A stretch of DNA of 64,000 bases from Phoronis australis (GCA_002633005.1 NMRA01000327.1:195632-259631); one strand, 5' to 3'; positions 11,587 through 24,833 are shown, counted from the first letter of the stretch. Notes: generated from the letters alone by a model not told the origin. Translations and numbers: made by a program.

Positions 11587-12857
11587 TTATTACTCTGCGC
11601 GTGTAAGCGCAGAGTACTGTTGTTCCTGGGTTTTCTTCAATTTTATTCTTCTTATTCTTATTCTTCTTCCGACCAACTTTGAGGCTTAATAACTCCAAAA
11701 TAGGTGCAGGTATGTTCTTTGTTGCAGGTATGTTCTTTAAATTCTGCATGTGATTTTTGGCAGTATATAAATTTTGATTCATTATATAATCGTATTCCAT
11801 ATTGCACCGGAAGAGGTCATTTGGTGCAAAGTTCATGTAATTTTCAAAATGCTACTCCTTCTTTATTTTTATAGTTATTCCTTTCAAATTCGGTGCACAG
11901 GTATAAGTCAATAGGGCAATTTAAAAAAATTTCTTTTCTAAGTAATCGGGTCATCCAATCAGGTGAAATAGGTCAAAGGTCATTAGGTGCAAACTAAAAT
12001 TCTGAGCTAGACACTTCAAATTGACAGGTCTGATTGGCACAGCTAATTCAATTTGGAATCTAAAGTTTCAGGTCATTTAGTGCAAACATGAGGTCATTAG
12101 GTGCATTTTTCTTCTGAAAATTTGACCTTTTCAATCAGCAAGTATTCTTATGTGTCAACCGTTAGACAACTGTGATTCTCAGCATTAAACACATTTTTTA
12201 TGGGCTTTGCAATAATTCTCCTAAAGACGCTTATAATGCACCGGATAGGGTCAATTAGTGCAAAGGTCATGTAACGTTCAAAATGTTATATCTCTTACGT
12301 TTTTCAAGGAATTCTTTTCAATTTCAGCACACTGGTGTAAGTCAACATGCCAGTTGAATACCATTTTTTACTTCGCAATAGGCCTAACCAATCAGAAAAA
12401 ATAGGTCAAAGGTCATTGAGTGCAAACTAAAATTTTTAGCTAGAGACTTCAAAATTACATATCTGTTTACTGTGCGATTGCATGAGTTTGAATTCTAAAT
12501 TTTCAGGTCATTTGGTGCACCCATGGGGTCATTAGGTGCATTTTTCTTCTGAAAGTTTGATCAATTCATTCGTCTTGTATTCAGAAGTGCTTAAAGTAAA
12601 ACATCTGTTATTTTTAGCATTAACCACACTTTTAATGGAGTTAACAATTTCTTCCTCATCGGGGCTCACAATGCACCGGAAGAGGTCAATTAGTGGAAAG
12701 GTCATCAAGAAATGAATATGTAATTTCTCCTACAATTTTAAAGAATTCCTTTTCATAATGGTAAACGGGTTGCTGTCAATAACTTCCCATAATAATTCCA
12801 GTAATACGCACGCGCAGAGTCCGTTATTGTCACGCCGTGACAGTAATCTTTCTAGTT
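11587..12857 (+). mobile_element. Helentron-associated (HINE/DINE-1-like) non-autonomous element with ~435-bp internal tandem repeats
   Basis: 5' hairpin TACTCTGCGC-GTGTAA-GCGCAGAGTA (11591-11616), TTCTTA microsatellite, repeats starting TGCACCGG at ~11803, 12237 and 12672, distal GCGCAGAGT (12812), stem-loop TTATTGTCACG..GTGACAGTAA and CTAG end in a T-rich site. Confidence 0.7.
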
Positions 12858-12959
12858 TACTATGTAATTGCACCCACATATTTATATGTCACTGCGGCGT
12901 AGTGCCATCATCTTCATCTCGGCATCTGGGCATCCTGCATCTGGTCTGCTGCCATTTTA

Positions 12960-14130
12960 ATTATTTTTTGTCTGTTTGTTGTCGTTTGCTTCTGTATGCA
13001 CCAAATTGTGCAATTTCTGTCTGGGCGTCTGCGACTGTATCTCCTAAATCTCTTGCAGGATCTTACTGAAATTTGAGTTGTGTACCAACCCGAATACCAC
13101 TGTGCCCTCTAGTGGCAATGTCAGTTTTTTATCTTCGGAGTTTATTGACAGATTTTCATGAAATTTGGAATAAAGGCTTTTAATATGGAGGTGATTATGG
13201 CATTCCGTTTTTGGACGGATTTGACGAATTTTACGCTATCTTGTGGATATTTTTGTTATTTTTGCGACCGTTTTGTGTCGTCCGCCTTTCTGTCTGCTCA
13301 AAGGATCATTATAAAATTTCACAGATGCTTTGCGAATGAGAAGGCCATGACTGACATTAACTTTCAAACGCGTCTGGCTGCTGTATCGACCCTTAGTAGA
13401 ATCTTTGTGAGATTTAAAGGTGTATTCTTATGGAGCCGTGTACAAATGGTAATGAGTGTCGAGCTGATCCCGATAAAAGTGTACCCTTAGTGGCAAAAGT
13501 TTTTTTTTAAGTTTGCCTCTGTACTTTCGAATTTCAGTTGTGTGTTTTCATGAAATGTGGCATATAGGACACGACAGCGCCTTCCCATTTTTGAACAGAT
13601 TTGATGTTTTCTGTGTCACCTGGTGTCCACTTTAATTTTTTCGCATATATGTTTCTATCAGCCAAACCATTCAAAGGACGATTATGAAAATTGACGGTTG
13701 TGTTCTTGATGTGAAGGCCCTGGCTGAAGTTGATTTTCGGATGTTTTTGACATATGGCGCCCTTTCGGGGCTGTTACGCTTTTTTGCATCTACAACTGTA
13801 TCTCATTAACCCTTTTTAGGATCTTTGCGCAATTTTGCAGATGGGCTTCTATAGAGATGGCAACAGATGACGATAAGTTACAGACAAATCAGACCATATC
13901 TGTGCCCTCTAATCATGGGCGGCGCACCATAGAGGGCGGGGGGGGGGCTGCACCGCCCATGGGTTATGGGCGGTTCACCACAGGGGGTCTATATCCTCCC
14001 ACTTTTTTCAGTGCTGCGCCGCCCATGCTAATGTCATTTTTTTACGTTTGCCTCTGTATGTTAGGAGTTTGTTGTCTTATTTTCATGAAATTTGGCAAAT
14101 AGTTGTGTTTTACAGAGATGGTTGCATTTT
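12960..14130 (-). repeat. Degenerate copy of the ~125-150-bp monomer repeat family carrying CTCF-like motifs (reverse orientation)
   Basis: GTGCCCTCTAGTGG at 13102, GTACCCTTAGTGG at 13481, recurrent TTTTCATGAAATTTGG and GGATTTGA motifs shared with 25-26.7 kb. Confidence 0.55.
13914..14027. mobile_element. 114-bp MITE with CATGGGCGGCGCA TIRs and 5-bp TSD CTAAT
   Basis: Perfect 13-bp TIR; CTAAT on both flanks; relative at 31569-31642. Confidence 0.75.
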
Positions 14131-14220
14131 CTCAATTCGGACGGGTATGTCACATTATGTGCCATATAATGACCATTTTTGTGATACTAAAAGCACTCAG
14201 AATTGCGTTGCAGTCGTGGG

Positions 14221-14368
14221 CAGTGACGGATTTAGAAGGGGGCCATGGCCCCCCTAAAATTCTCCCAGATTCCATTTGGCAGTTCGGGGGTGCGAATGTT
14301 TGAGGGGCAAAATCCTGGCTAATACTCTGCCCTGGCCCCCCTAACTCAAAAGCCTGGATCCGCCTCTG
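14221..14368. mobile_element. 148-bp GC-rich MITE (CAGTGACGGAT...ATCCGCCTCTG) with 5-bp TSD GTGGG
   Basis: Imperfect TIRs; GTGGG on both flanks; second copy at 15840-15970. Confidence 0.7.
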
Positions 14369-15839
14369 GTGGGTGCATTTCAACACTTTACGTAGCTCTT
14401 CCATTCAGAAAGCAAGCATAAAAATTTTTACATTTGACCATTTTGTGCAATACTGCATTTGTCTAAGGTTATAATAAGTGCGTAGGGGGAAATATTGTTT
14501 TCAAATGAGAACCATTCATTACACAACACACATCCCATCCAGTCTGCTCAGTGTTGCCATCGCAAAAATATTACTGATTAATGCAGCAGAATATCTGTGC
14601 AAGTCGGGATGTTGCGATGTTGCATTTTAAAGGAACATGTACCAAAAAATTAAATTGAACTAGACAGATTTCAACTGAAGTCTCCAAGACTCTGCCAACT
14701 TTAGTCAATTTCTTACCAGAATAATTTGTCTGTTTAATCGAACTTTTGTCATTATGACATTGTGTTTTGTCGCTAATTGTTTGTTTATGAATGGACTTAC
14801 ACAACATCGACTAGGTGCATGGATGACTTTCTAAAACCGCTCTGAGGTGGTGGCGAGTTACAACTATTATTAAAATCTCTTGGTCTATTTACACTGACCG
14901 CTTGTCTGTTTGCACTGTCACGACGTTTCGGTCGGTCTATTCTCCGGCCATCGTCAGGTGTTCCTGCGTTCTTAGAAGAACGAGCACGGATATGTGGTAC
15001 ACTCGTCATGGTGTGCCTTGAACAAAAAAGTCACGGAGGTAGTGGCGATGGGGGGAGGGGGGGGGCTTGTTTGGCGAAGTCGAAATGGTTTGTGCCCCCT
15101 CCCCCCAATTATTTTTTGCCTTCCTACTGGCCTGTGTTATGATTTGAATTCTAATAAAGATAAAACTTGATATAATGGCACGTGTAGTTTTGATCACTGT
15201 GAAATGTTTAGTGTAGCTGTAATCTGAAGAGTTCAATTAACTAATCTAAGCTTCGCTGACGATCAAAATCTATCATTGTACTTCAAGTTAAAAAATAAAT
15301 AAAAATATATCAACACCGTTCCCGGTAAAAAACCGGTACACAGGAGTATAAAAACCGGTATGAAACATATCGTTCCTTTTGGAAGTGGTCCTCGGTCAAG
15401 ATAAACACATCAAATTAATTTTTTAGTCAATTTGTATTATTCGGGTGTAAACACAACCATCATTGTTGAGACAGTGCTAGCTATTACCTTTCCACTTCAT
15501 TAGCCCAGATCTACAACAATACAAAGGGCGAGCTGAATAGGCACCATAAAAATTGTCTGGGGCTGAGAGAATCTGAGAGGTGACGAGTGTAAGCGAGAAA
15601 TTCTGCTCATGGAAACACCTGTGAATGCAGTCGCAGTTGTTCTCTACCCAATTCCAAGTTTAAACAAGCCACGCCAGGCCCGTAGGAAGGCAAAAATTAT
15701 TGGGATGCACAAACCATTTCGACTTCGCCAAGAACCCCATCTACATCACCACCACCTCCGCTATCCCCCCCTCGCCCCCATGCTTCCGATACCATCATTT
15801 TTGTATTGAATCTCCCACGTCCGCCCTAGGTGGGGGGCA

Positions 15840-15970
15840 CAGTGGCGGATTTAAGGGTGGCCAAGGGGCCATGGCCCCCCTCTAATTGGCAGTTCGGGGG
15901 TGCGAATTTCTGATGGACAAAATCCTGGCTATTACCCTGCCCCCGACTCAAAATCCTGGATCCGCTCCTG
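15840..15970. mobile_element. Second copy of the CAGTGGCGGAT MITE family
   Basis: Shares GGGGCCATGGCCCCCCT, TTGGCAGTTCGGGGGTGCGAAT and CCTGGATCCGC with 14221-14368. Confidence 0.65.
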
Positions 15971-18781
15971 GTAATATACAGTTTCGAGAAAAAATAAAGC
16001 GATAGTTGTCTCCATTATCCCTTGCCAGAGAGGGGCATCTGGAAAATATAGTTATGCATTCGCAAAATTGACTTATTGAATAAAAATCCAGTAAAATAGT
16101 ACGCTCCGCAAAAGGTTCGTTTTACAAATTTTCTCAGTTTTTCGAAATATATACATGAGTTCGTGCACGTTTTCAAGTGCGTTTAGACGATATGTGCTGA
16201 AAAAGCGGAGACCCTAACGACAATGTCCTGGTCAGGGTCCTCAAAACTGAGGTAAAACATTCACTTATGCAGAGGTGTTAAATGTTCTCTTGAATTTTCT
16301 CTCTCATCCGTATTTCACAGTCTTTCTTTTCTCGACTGTCCCCGGCCCCACGCCTATGTCGGTTGCCGCGGCCACGGTTTAACTCTGATGCCTGATCATT
16401 TTCGGGGGGGGGGGACGTGCCCCACCCGCCCCCTCCCCCCTTCCTACGGCCCTGAAGTGTTATCCATTTCGACATTTGCATTTTGAAAAGAACAATTTTA
16501 GAACCTGGAAGGGCGGTTTAGCTCTCATTTCAAATAAAAGTCGAACATAGCGATTCAGGTACTTCGCACTACCCATACAACGCAGCAACTCTGTCAGCAC
16601 GCCACACGTTCTCAGAACAGTGGCGAATGAAAGGGCATCNGGGGGGTTGGCGCCAAGCGGGCCATAGCCCCCCCAAAATACCATTTGGCAGTTCTGGGTG
16701 CGAATTGCTTACTAGCATATGCGCGCACCCAGGGTGGCTCGGGGGCGAATGCCCAATGCATTGAGTGGTGGGTGGAGTACTTCGTCATCTCAAAATTTAG
16801 AGCATATTCCCTTGTCAGTGAATAATGCTACTTTTGATGAAGCTTCCGGGCAGTCCACGACTGATTTTATATTAGAGATCGAGTGATATCACACATGTGT
16901 GGGTTCACCAACAATCTTGATTTGAACATTGATTTCAAAATCATTATCACTTTATACTGACCGCCTAGCTCTAAAGATATTAAATGTACTATAAGTCTGC
17001 TAGTAGAAATGTCATATTATTCCTATCACAGTGATTTATCAGATCAACAAGACTTTTGGTAGTTTAAGGCAGATTTTTCATTTGTTTACCAGGTACTGCG
17101 CAGATGACATGCAGCATTTTCACGTTGTAATTTTGTATTATTTATAACAAAATAAATACAAAGACAAGCATGTTTTGTATCCCAGTGTTCTGGTAAGAAA
17201 CATTCTAGAAGTAAATTTGCAAGGACAATCCAATGTTTATATTCAAATATGACCTGCAATCATGCTGACTGGCACACAATATTAATAGAAATGGCAAGTG
17301 TTACTCATAACCAGAAACACAGGAGTACAATTGAGCATAAAAAGGATGAAATGTATGCTATTATTCAGCCAATCGTCAAGCTGAACATGATTATATGTAA
17401 CAGATCCCACTGACCTCTAATAGAAACTAGAAGTTTGAACAAACAGAAATTAACAACCTGTGTACCTGATAAAGAAAATTTATTCCACAGTATTAAAAGT
17501 AAATATAAATATTTTTGTTAAACATAAATAAATTACAATCCCAACGTTTTCATAAGCTGTTAACAATATACAAACAAATCCAAATAAACTACTTCCAAAA
17601 AGACAAAGTTTACAAATGAAGAAATATGACGCAGACCAAACCCATGTAAAATTTTGTTACATCCTACTTACAATTCCAAGAAACCATGCCATGCCCAATT
17701 TTTGAAAACATTTCTGTACTTGGTTCTAAAACAACCAAATAAAAAACATTCATAGATTTAGACAGCATACACTAATATCATTTCAAAGTTCAGTGGCCAC
17801 TTAAATTCTGCCAAACAATTTATAAACAGTTAGCAAGCATCCATTTTCTAAGTAAGTCTAATCTTAGCATAAAGGAAGGTGATTAGACTAATACAGGACA
17901 CCTGGTAGCACAAGGAGGAATCAATATGGCCGCAAACATTGATAAAAAACGACAGAACCATTTAAAAATAGTCACCCTAACCATTCGGCATTGCAAATTC
18001 ACCCTACTATAAACATCAAATAATCATACTCACAATCATAGTGAAATAATGCTAATAAACGTGTCCCTCTAATGAAACATTCCAAGAGCTACGGCATTTC
18101 ATGCAATGACTAATAACTAAACCCTTAACAAATGCCCACACTACTTTTGATTACTATCTTTCTGGTAAGAATAAGTACTGTTTAATATTTCAATTTGATT
18201 TTAGAAGAATTTTGAACATTTCCTGAATAATATCAACTCTTGTGAAATGTGCACACATTGTCTACAGACACTTTACTACAATAGAACCTTTCTTCATAGC
18301 CACACTGTGAATGGTAACATTGTAGACATCGGATGGTTTGAAGTCTACTGGAACACCACAATCTCAACTTGTAAACTTTGAAGACTGGTGAATGAAAAGT
18401 CAAATATCTAATACATAAACACATTTTCAATACAGCACTGAGCACACAATAGGGTAGCTGTTTGCCATGTCTTGGAATACCTCTTTCCAAACACTGACTT
18501 AAGGTTATGCCCCGGATTCTTTTGACAGTTCCAAGAATGGGGATAAGCACAAACAACACAAATCCTTTAGACATGGCTCCCACTATCCAAGCTACTGCCA
18601 CAGTAAAATCTCAACAATTGCAGACAAAAATAATTGCAGGAATTGTAATTCTTTTTCATTTTTCCAAAGCTTCCAATATCGTTGTGAATACCCACAACTT
18701 TTCAAAACATCGTCTGATGGTAGCAGCGGTGCAGAACTTGAAAATGCTAAAGCACTGCTTTGGAGCTACTTTGCCTTAATT

Positions 18782-19992
18782 AAAAGTGCTACATTGAGTA
18801 TGGCGTCCTCAATTAATGACATTTCACTATAGCATTACACTTGAAGAAACTCAATTCTATTTGGAAGAATGAACACAACAGTACGGTCAACATTAGAGAT
18901 GTATCAAAAACTTGACGCCATTCAAAGACAAAATGTCAAGACACATTAGTGGCCCTTGAGCTTGTAACAAGACTTCACAGTGATTAATCAGGTGTCATGA
19001 ACGGTACAAGTGTGTTGGCCATAATGTAATAAATGAATAAATTGACTCGAGAGTTATATGTAACACAGACTGCTATGTCTGGAACAGGTCTCTGAACAGC
19101 GCCACATTTTTTGTTCATCCCAAGATTTTATTTATCAATTGCCAATCTCAACATGATGACTAGATTTCATAATGCATTTACCGTACATCACCATCATGTA
19201 ACAAAGAACTTTATCAAAGGAAAGAACACCTAAACTCAAGCCCTGGATCAGCATCCACACACACCCTTGTCTTCATTACCCCTCAGGTGTCCGTTCCTAC
19301 GATTAGCCGAGAACTGCGATCCATCAACACACTCGTCCATCCTCAACATGACCAAGTCTAGAAGGTGATTCACTGCTTTGGTCACANAAAAGTGCTACAT
19401 TGACTATGGCGTCCTCAATTAATGACATTTCACTATAGCATTACACTTGAAGAAACTCAATTCTATTTGGAAGAATGAACACAACAGTACGGTCAACATT
19501 AGAGATGTATCAAAAACTTGACGCCATTCAAAGACAAAATGTCAGAACACATTAGTGGCCCTTGAGCTTGTAACAAGACTTCACAGTGATTAATCAGGTG
19601 TCATGAACGGTACAAGTGTGTTGGCCATAATGTAATAAATGAATAAATTGACTCGAGAGTTATATGTGACACAGACTGCTATGTCTGGAACAGGTCTCTG
19701 AACAGCGCCACATTTTTTGTTCATCCCAAGATTTTATTTATCAATTGCCAATCTCAACATGATGACTAGATTTCATAATGCATTTACCGTACATCACCAT
19801 CATGTAACAAAGAACTTTATCAAAGGAAAGAACACCTAAACTCAAGCCCTGGATCAGCATCCACACACACCCTTGTCTTCATTACCCCTCAGGTGTCCGT
19901 TCCTACGATTAGCCGAGAACTGCGATCCATCAACACACTCGTCCATCCTCAACATGACCAAGTCTAGAAGGTGATTCACTGCTTTGGTCACA
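18782..19992. repeat. 605-bp direct duplication (18782-19386 and 19388-19992) across a single N; probable haplotype-overlap artefact
   Basis: Near-identical copies (about 3 variant sites seen) separated exactly by the N at 19387; includes the end of the Rab27 terminal exon. Confidence 0.85.
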
Positions 19993-20031
19993 TTCTGGCC
20001 AGTGGCAGCACTAGTCTCAAAGTAAGGTAAC
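19854..20031 (-). CDS. RAB27: Rab27 coding exon 5 ([14 protein letters not shown]...KGVCGC*)
   Basis: TTCTCTCAG| acceptor, phase 2; G5 motif ETSA; C-terminal CxC prenylation motif; TGA stop. Confidence 0.95.
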
Positions 20032-22549
20032 CTGAGAGAATGGAAACAGATCAAATGTGACAAAAGAACAGCATACCAGCAATGGACATACACTAGATAT
20101 GGAATCCACCATTAGCCAGTAATGAGAGTCTCGAATCTATTAAATAAACTAGGAAGTAGCATGGCTTGCCAAAGATACTGTTACTGTTGTTTTTCACGCT
20201 GGTATAGTCAACTGACTATATCTGTGAGTGGCAACAGTAAACAAGTCTAATTGAAGAACAACAGATTTGATTCCTCGCGGTGAGCAAGATAGAATTTGTG
20301 ATTTGTTAGTGACATCTAAAAATGACACGTACTCTGGGCTAAACAGATTAGAGTTTGGTTTACTAAGAAAGACTCCATAGTCAATTTCTGGGTTGAGTAA
20401 CCCTTCAAGAGAACAATGGCTGACAGGAAGAAGGCGGCACGATAAGGAGGCCTGGTGTGAACTCCTCCCAGCATGTTAAAAGTTGTATTAAAAGTTGTAT
20501 TAAAGACAAGAAGCACAGTGTAAACAGGGAAGCAAGTAAGTAGTCGTGAGAGATGCCGGCAAGATGGTGAACTATCACATAAAACAGGATGTTTGGCTAA
20601 TGAATGCTTGTGGCTAAGGAAGTGCTAGCGGAGCTATTTAAGAATAAATACAATGTAGCAAACTGTGCACTTTACCACCATAGAATGTTTAAGAGTAATT
20701 ATCCGAGAAACTCGTGCAATACCTGGAACACAAGTGTCTTTGGAAGTGCATGTGACTTTGGTAATATATTCATACCACAGAAATAGACATTGAAGCATTA
20801 CAATAGCTTTCAATATTTATTCAATTTCTACCAATACCATAGCTCGTTAGATAAGACATACATCGTTCCATTTCTCAATCTTATGACTTACGAGAACCGC
20901 ATTAGGTTGTGTGGGCAATTCGGTTGCCTTAGAAAGTTTGTGTGATAAATCTTCGAACAGGACCACAATAACTCAGAAACTGTACTCGTGGAAGCCACTG
21001 TGATCAGATTTAATTCTCATTTTATGTTAATTAAACCATGTATACATTGTTTTGCTATTACTGCAGTGGCATCAAATCATATTTTGACAGCTGTCACCAT
21101 TGTGCAATTGGTAAAAATCGCCAGATGCTTAATGAACAATGGCAAATGGGCCACAAAAGCCTACACAGACGATTAGTTCCCAATTCAAAAGCTAGGGGAT
21201 GCTTAGTACTATATGCGTGTTGTGGCAGCAGCTTTAATGATGCAAAACTGGTCACAATTGACTGCTTAACATTATTTTGCAACTGATGTGAGTTTTTCAT
21301 AATTTAGAAACTGAAAATTTTTTGACAGGAATTGTCCTTTCAATATCAATTCATTAAAAGTGTCCTTCTACAGTTGAACATATTAGGGCAAACAGAGTCA
21401 TTACGCTTCCAAAATGTGAGGAAGACTAGACAAGAAAAATTTGTGACACAACCTCAAATATGCATACACTGTCACGAATACACCAACAAAAATGGAGAAT
21501 AGCAAAAAAACCAGGATGTTCAGAACATATCTGGCCTTTATTCTGGTAAATTGGGAGCTCAAAGGGTAAATTCAGATAAGTCTTTCTACAGTTTGAACCC
21601 TTCTGTCCAAACAAATAACCTGAAAAAAGCACCAAAGAATAGGGAATCACTATGTAAATAATAATCTTGCGACAAAAACATGACAAAGGCAGAAACAAAA
21701 ACACGCATATGTGGTATTACAATTTCACGTCTCCAATCATCATTAGACAAACTCATCAACAGGGAACATAGAAATAACACAAAATGATTACAATGAAGTG
21801 TGATTGAAGTAGTTGATGAGAAGGTCCAAGCAGATGGCCTTCACGGTCTAATGCAGATGGAGCCCAGGCAAGATTGCTAGGTTAGCAATAAAGGTTTTGT
21901 ATAGCAGGCTATTTTCCCAAATATCCCGAAATATCACCATGGGTATTGTGTGTCTACATAGTTTCTCTAGTTGTGCAACACATTTCAAAGTTGATTGTTC
22001 TGTGATTCCCCGCCACCGATGTGTGATGAGAATATGTGTATAGCTACTTGGACGGTACCTTACACGATACAAAGCTATTTAGTGAGGATAGATCACCATC
22101 ATTTCGGGACCTGTAGAAGCCATTACACCCAACTCAGCTCTGTTTATCCCAATGTAACTGAATCCAATTCTGTTAGGGGTACATGGAGTCGATGGATTAA
22201 GGTCTGCCAGGATTTCATGTTCTGAGTTGATTCTTAGAAATATCTGATACTAATGGCTATGACTCGTGTATGACTTGGGTTGTTATGATCTCACTTTAAA
22301 AGAACAGTGACAAATTTCCCACTTCACCGAGTAAGCCCCTCTGCTCTTCTAGGTACCATCACTTTTCAATATAAGTTCTGGCATTGGGGGAGATTTTTGT
22401 GTAAACTTACATGCTATTTTCATAATTTCACAACTTCACCACAATGGGAATTTCCATTGAAAACAAACACATGTTTCCACTCCTGAAATCTCAATTTCAA
22501 AAAAAACATGATTGACTTCAACTTCCAGAAAATTCCCCTGTTGCATGAT

Positions 22550-22816
22550 TTTCTCAGACATCATCTCTTACCTACATAGTCTGTGATACAACCTACCCAT
22601 ACTTATCAGACGACATCTCTTAGTTACATAGTCTGACACAACCTACCCATAATTCTCAGACATCACCTCTTAGTTACATAGTCTGTGATACAACCTACCC
22701 ATAATTCTCAGACATCGTCAACATCGTCTCTCAGTTACATAGTCTGTGATACAACCTACCCATAATTCACAGACATCATCTCTTAGTTACATAGTCTGTG
22801 ATATAACCTACCCATA
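22550..22816. repeat. ~50-60-bp minisatellite (5 units) containing copies of the Rab27 exon 4 donor site
   Basis: ACCTACCCATA at ~22591, 22641, 22694, 22755 and 22806. Confidence 0.9.
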
Positions 22817-23039
22817 TTTATCAGCCACTTCCTTTGCCATGTCCTCACTAATCACCCGTTGGTCTTCCAAGTCCACTTTGTTCCCACATAACACTATGTC
22901 AGGGTTTTCACAGTAGGCATGAGTCTGAAGCTGAGCGATCCAGTTACAAATGTTGATAAACGATTGTTCATTGGTCAAATCAAACAGCAGCAGAAATCCC
23001 ATGGCATCCCGGAAGAATGCTGTTGTCAAACTTCGAAAC
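22812..23039 (-). CDS. RAB27: Rab27 coding exon 4 ([15 protein letters not shown]...GNKVDL...ADKY)
   Basis: Rab27-diagnostic [15 protein letters not shown] and [15 protein letters not shown]; G4 motif NKxD; 228 nt, phase 2 in and out; GG|GTAGGT donor. Confidence 0.95.
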
Positions 23040-23709
23040 CTGACATCAAAAAGCACATTACAACACATTACATAACATTATGTAAAATACAGTATGGCCA
23101 CTGTCACCAATGTATAAACGTATTCTACTGGGAAAAAGGAATCATAGCTTGCTTCTATCAAGTGCTTTTGACAATGCTGTTTCTATTTTTACCATATTAG
23201 TGTACTGACTAACACAAGCATTGAGGTTTCAAGCACACATGCATGCATGCATGCACACACAGAGTTTACTAAATACTAGACTATAAAATACTTTCAATGT
23301 CTTTTTGTACACTTAGTATGTGGATTCGCAAGAGTGCGTTTTACAAACTCTCACGAAACTGGTAATAAATTCCAGTAGACATTACATCGAAAGGAGTGAC
23401 ACAAATGTTCGTGTTCATGATAATTTAAACACGTTTAATGTCATATGGTGTTTAAATATAGTGATGGTGGGAAAACACAGCAGCTGAGAAGGTAACATGC
23501 AAGCAAATAATACATGTCAGATGCACAAAATGATAATGTGAAATACAAGCCAGCATATTTGAAGTTCCATTCACAGAGTTTAGTTACCTGCAAAGTACAC
23601 ATCTTTTGTATAAGAACCAGAACAAAGTAACTGTATGTTCAGAGTTCATTTGTTTATTAAAATATTAGTACAGGAAGCAGAACGAACAGTTTGTGGCACC
23701 ACTGTCTTA

Positions 23710-24040
23710 GAGTATCAGAGTCTGAAGTATCAACATCTGCATTATCATTGTCTGCAGTATCACTCTCTGCAGTATCAGTACATGCAGCATCAATGCGTGC
23801 AGTACCACTGACTGCAGCATCAATGCGTGCAGTACCAATGACTGCAGTACCAATGACTGCAGTACCAATGACTGCAGTATCAATGACTGCAGTATCAATG
23901 TGTGCAGCATTACTGCCTGCAGTATCAATTCCTAAAGTACCACTGCCTGCAGCATCCACTCCTGCAGCATCCATGCATACAGTATAAATGATTGCAGTAT
24001 CAATGTCTGCAGAATCAATGCCTGCAATATCCATATCTGC
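23710..24040. repeat. 15-bp minisatellite (ACTGCAGTATCAATG consensus), about 22 degenerate units
   Basis: Periodic TGCAG(T/C)A(T/C)CA motif; translates as pentapeptide repeats. Confidence 0.85.
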
Positions 24041-24833
24041 TAATCATCCACGCACTGCTGAAAATCATGAATACAACCTATAAATTTGAAGGCAATCCTC
24101 AAAGGTCATCAAGAGTGATGTAATTTAGGTACCATGCAAAGAACACCACAATGTACTTTTGAATATTCCTGTGAGAGTGATTAGCAGATCTCGTTCATGA
24201 GCATAAATGAGCTACAAGAACAAATGATTAAACGTTGTCGTCACCAGAAGGCACAAGTGCAGAAGCACTAATTGAGCGGCAGCAATCTCATTTACACCAG
24301 CTAAAAAATTTCAAGCTCATTTTCTACAAATGAAGGATCGTGGCGCGGGCTTCATTTTGAAATGAGATATTCACAAAACAAGGCTGAGCACGATTTAATT
24401 TACAGCAGACAGTAATTTTACCAACTGATCCGGTCACTATATATTAATACTTTAATTTTTGTAAGGAATTATACAATCACCGGGACTGTGCCCTCCAATT
24501 CACTGAATAAACAAGCTTTTATGCAAATCACTTGGTTCCTTCAGCAAAAAAGACACAGCTTATTAAAAAGACAAATTAAAATTATACAAGCAAAAACCAA
24601 CAGCCACTTAAAAGCTTTAGAAGAACTTATGACAAACTGTTTTCTTCCAAGAAAACCTTAATTTTGGACAATTTTTTATTTTGAGAAAAACACATGGTAA
24701 CTTGCCATTTTTACTAGAAAAACTTTCAGTTGCTCATCCTGCCAATAACTGGAAGGAGTACTTACAGGAACTAATTGTCCATTGCACATGTCAATCACAG
24801 TGATGTAACCAAAACAACAGCAGCATGCCCTAC

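Noticed and set aside
18233-18779. 122-aa and 90-aa ORFs downstream of Rab27
   Set aside because: Non-ATG starts in some cases, no recognisable domain or splice structure; probably within the Rab27 3' UTR
19248-19386. Second Rab27 terminal exon as an alternative exon or paralogue
   Set aside because: It lacks an acceptor, begins at the N gap and is near-identical, so an assembly overlap is the simpler explanation
22550-22816. CRISPR-like appearance of regularly spaced repeats (also 48765-48968, 58881-59010 and 25079-26550)
   Set aside because: Units are contiguous with no unique spacers, there are no cas genes, and the context is eukaryotic
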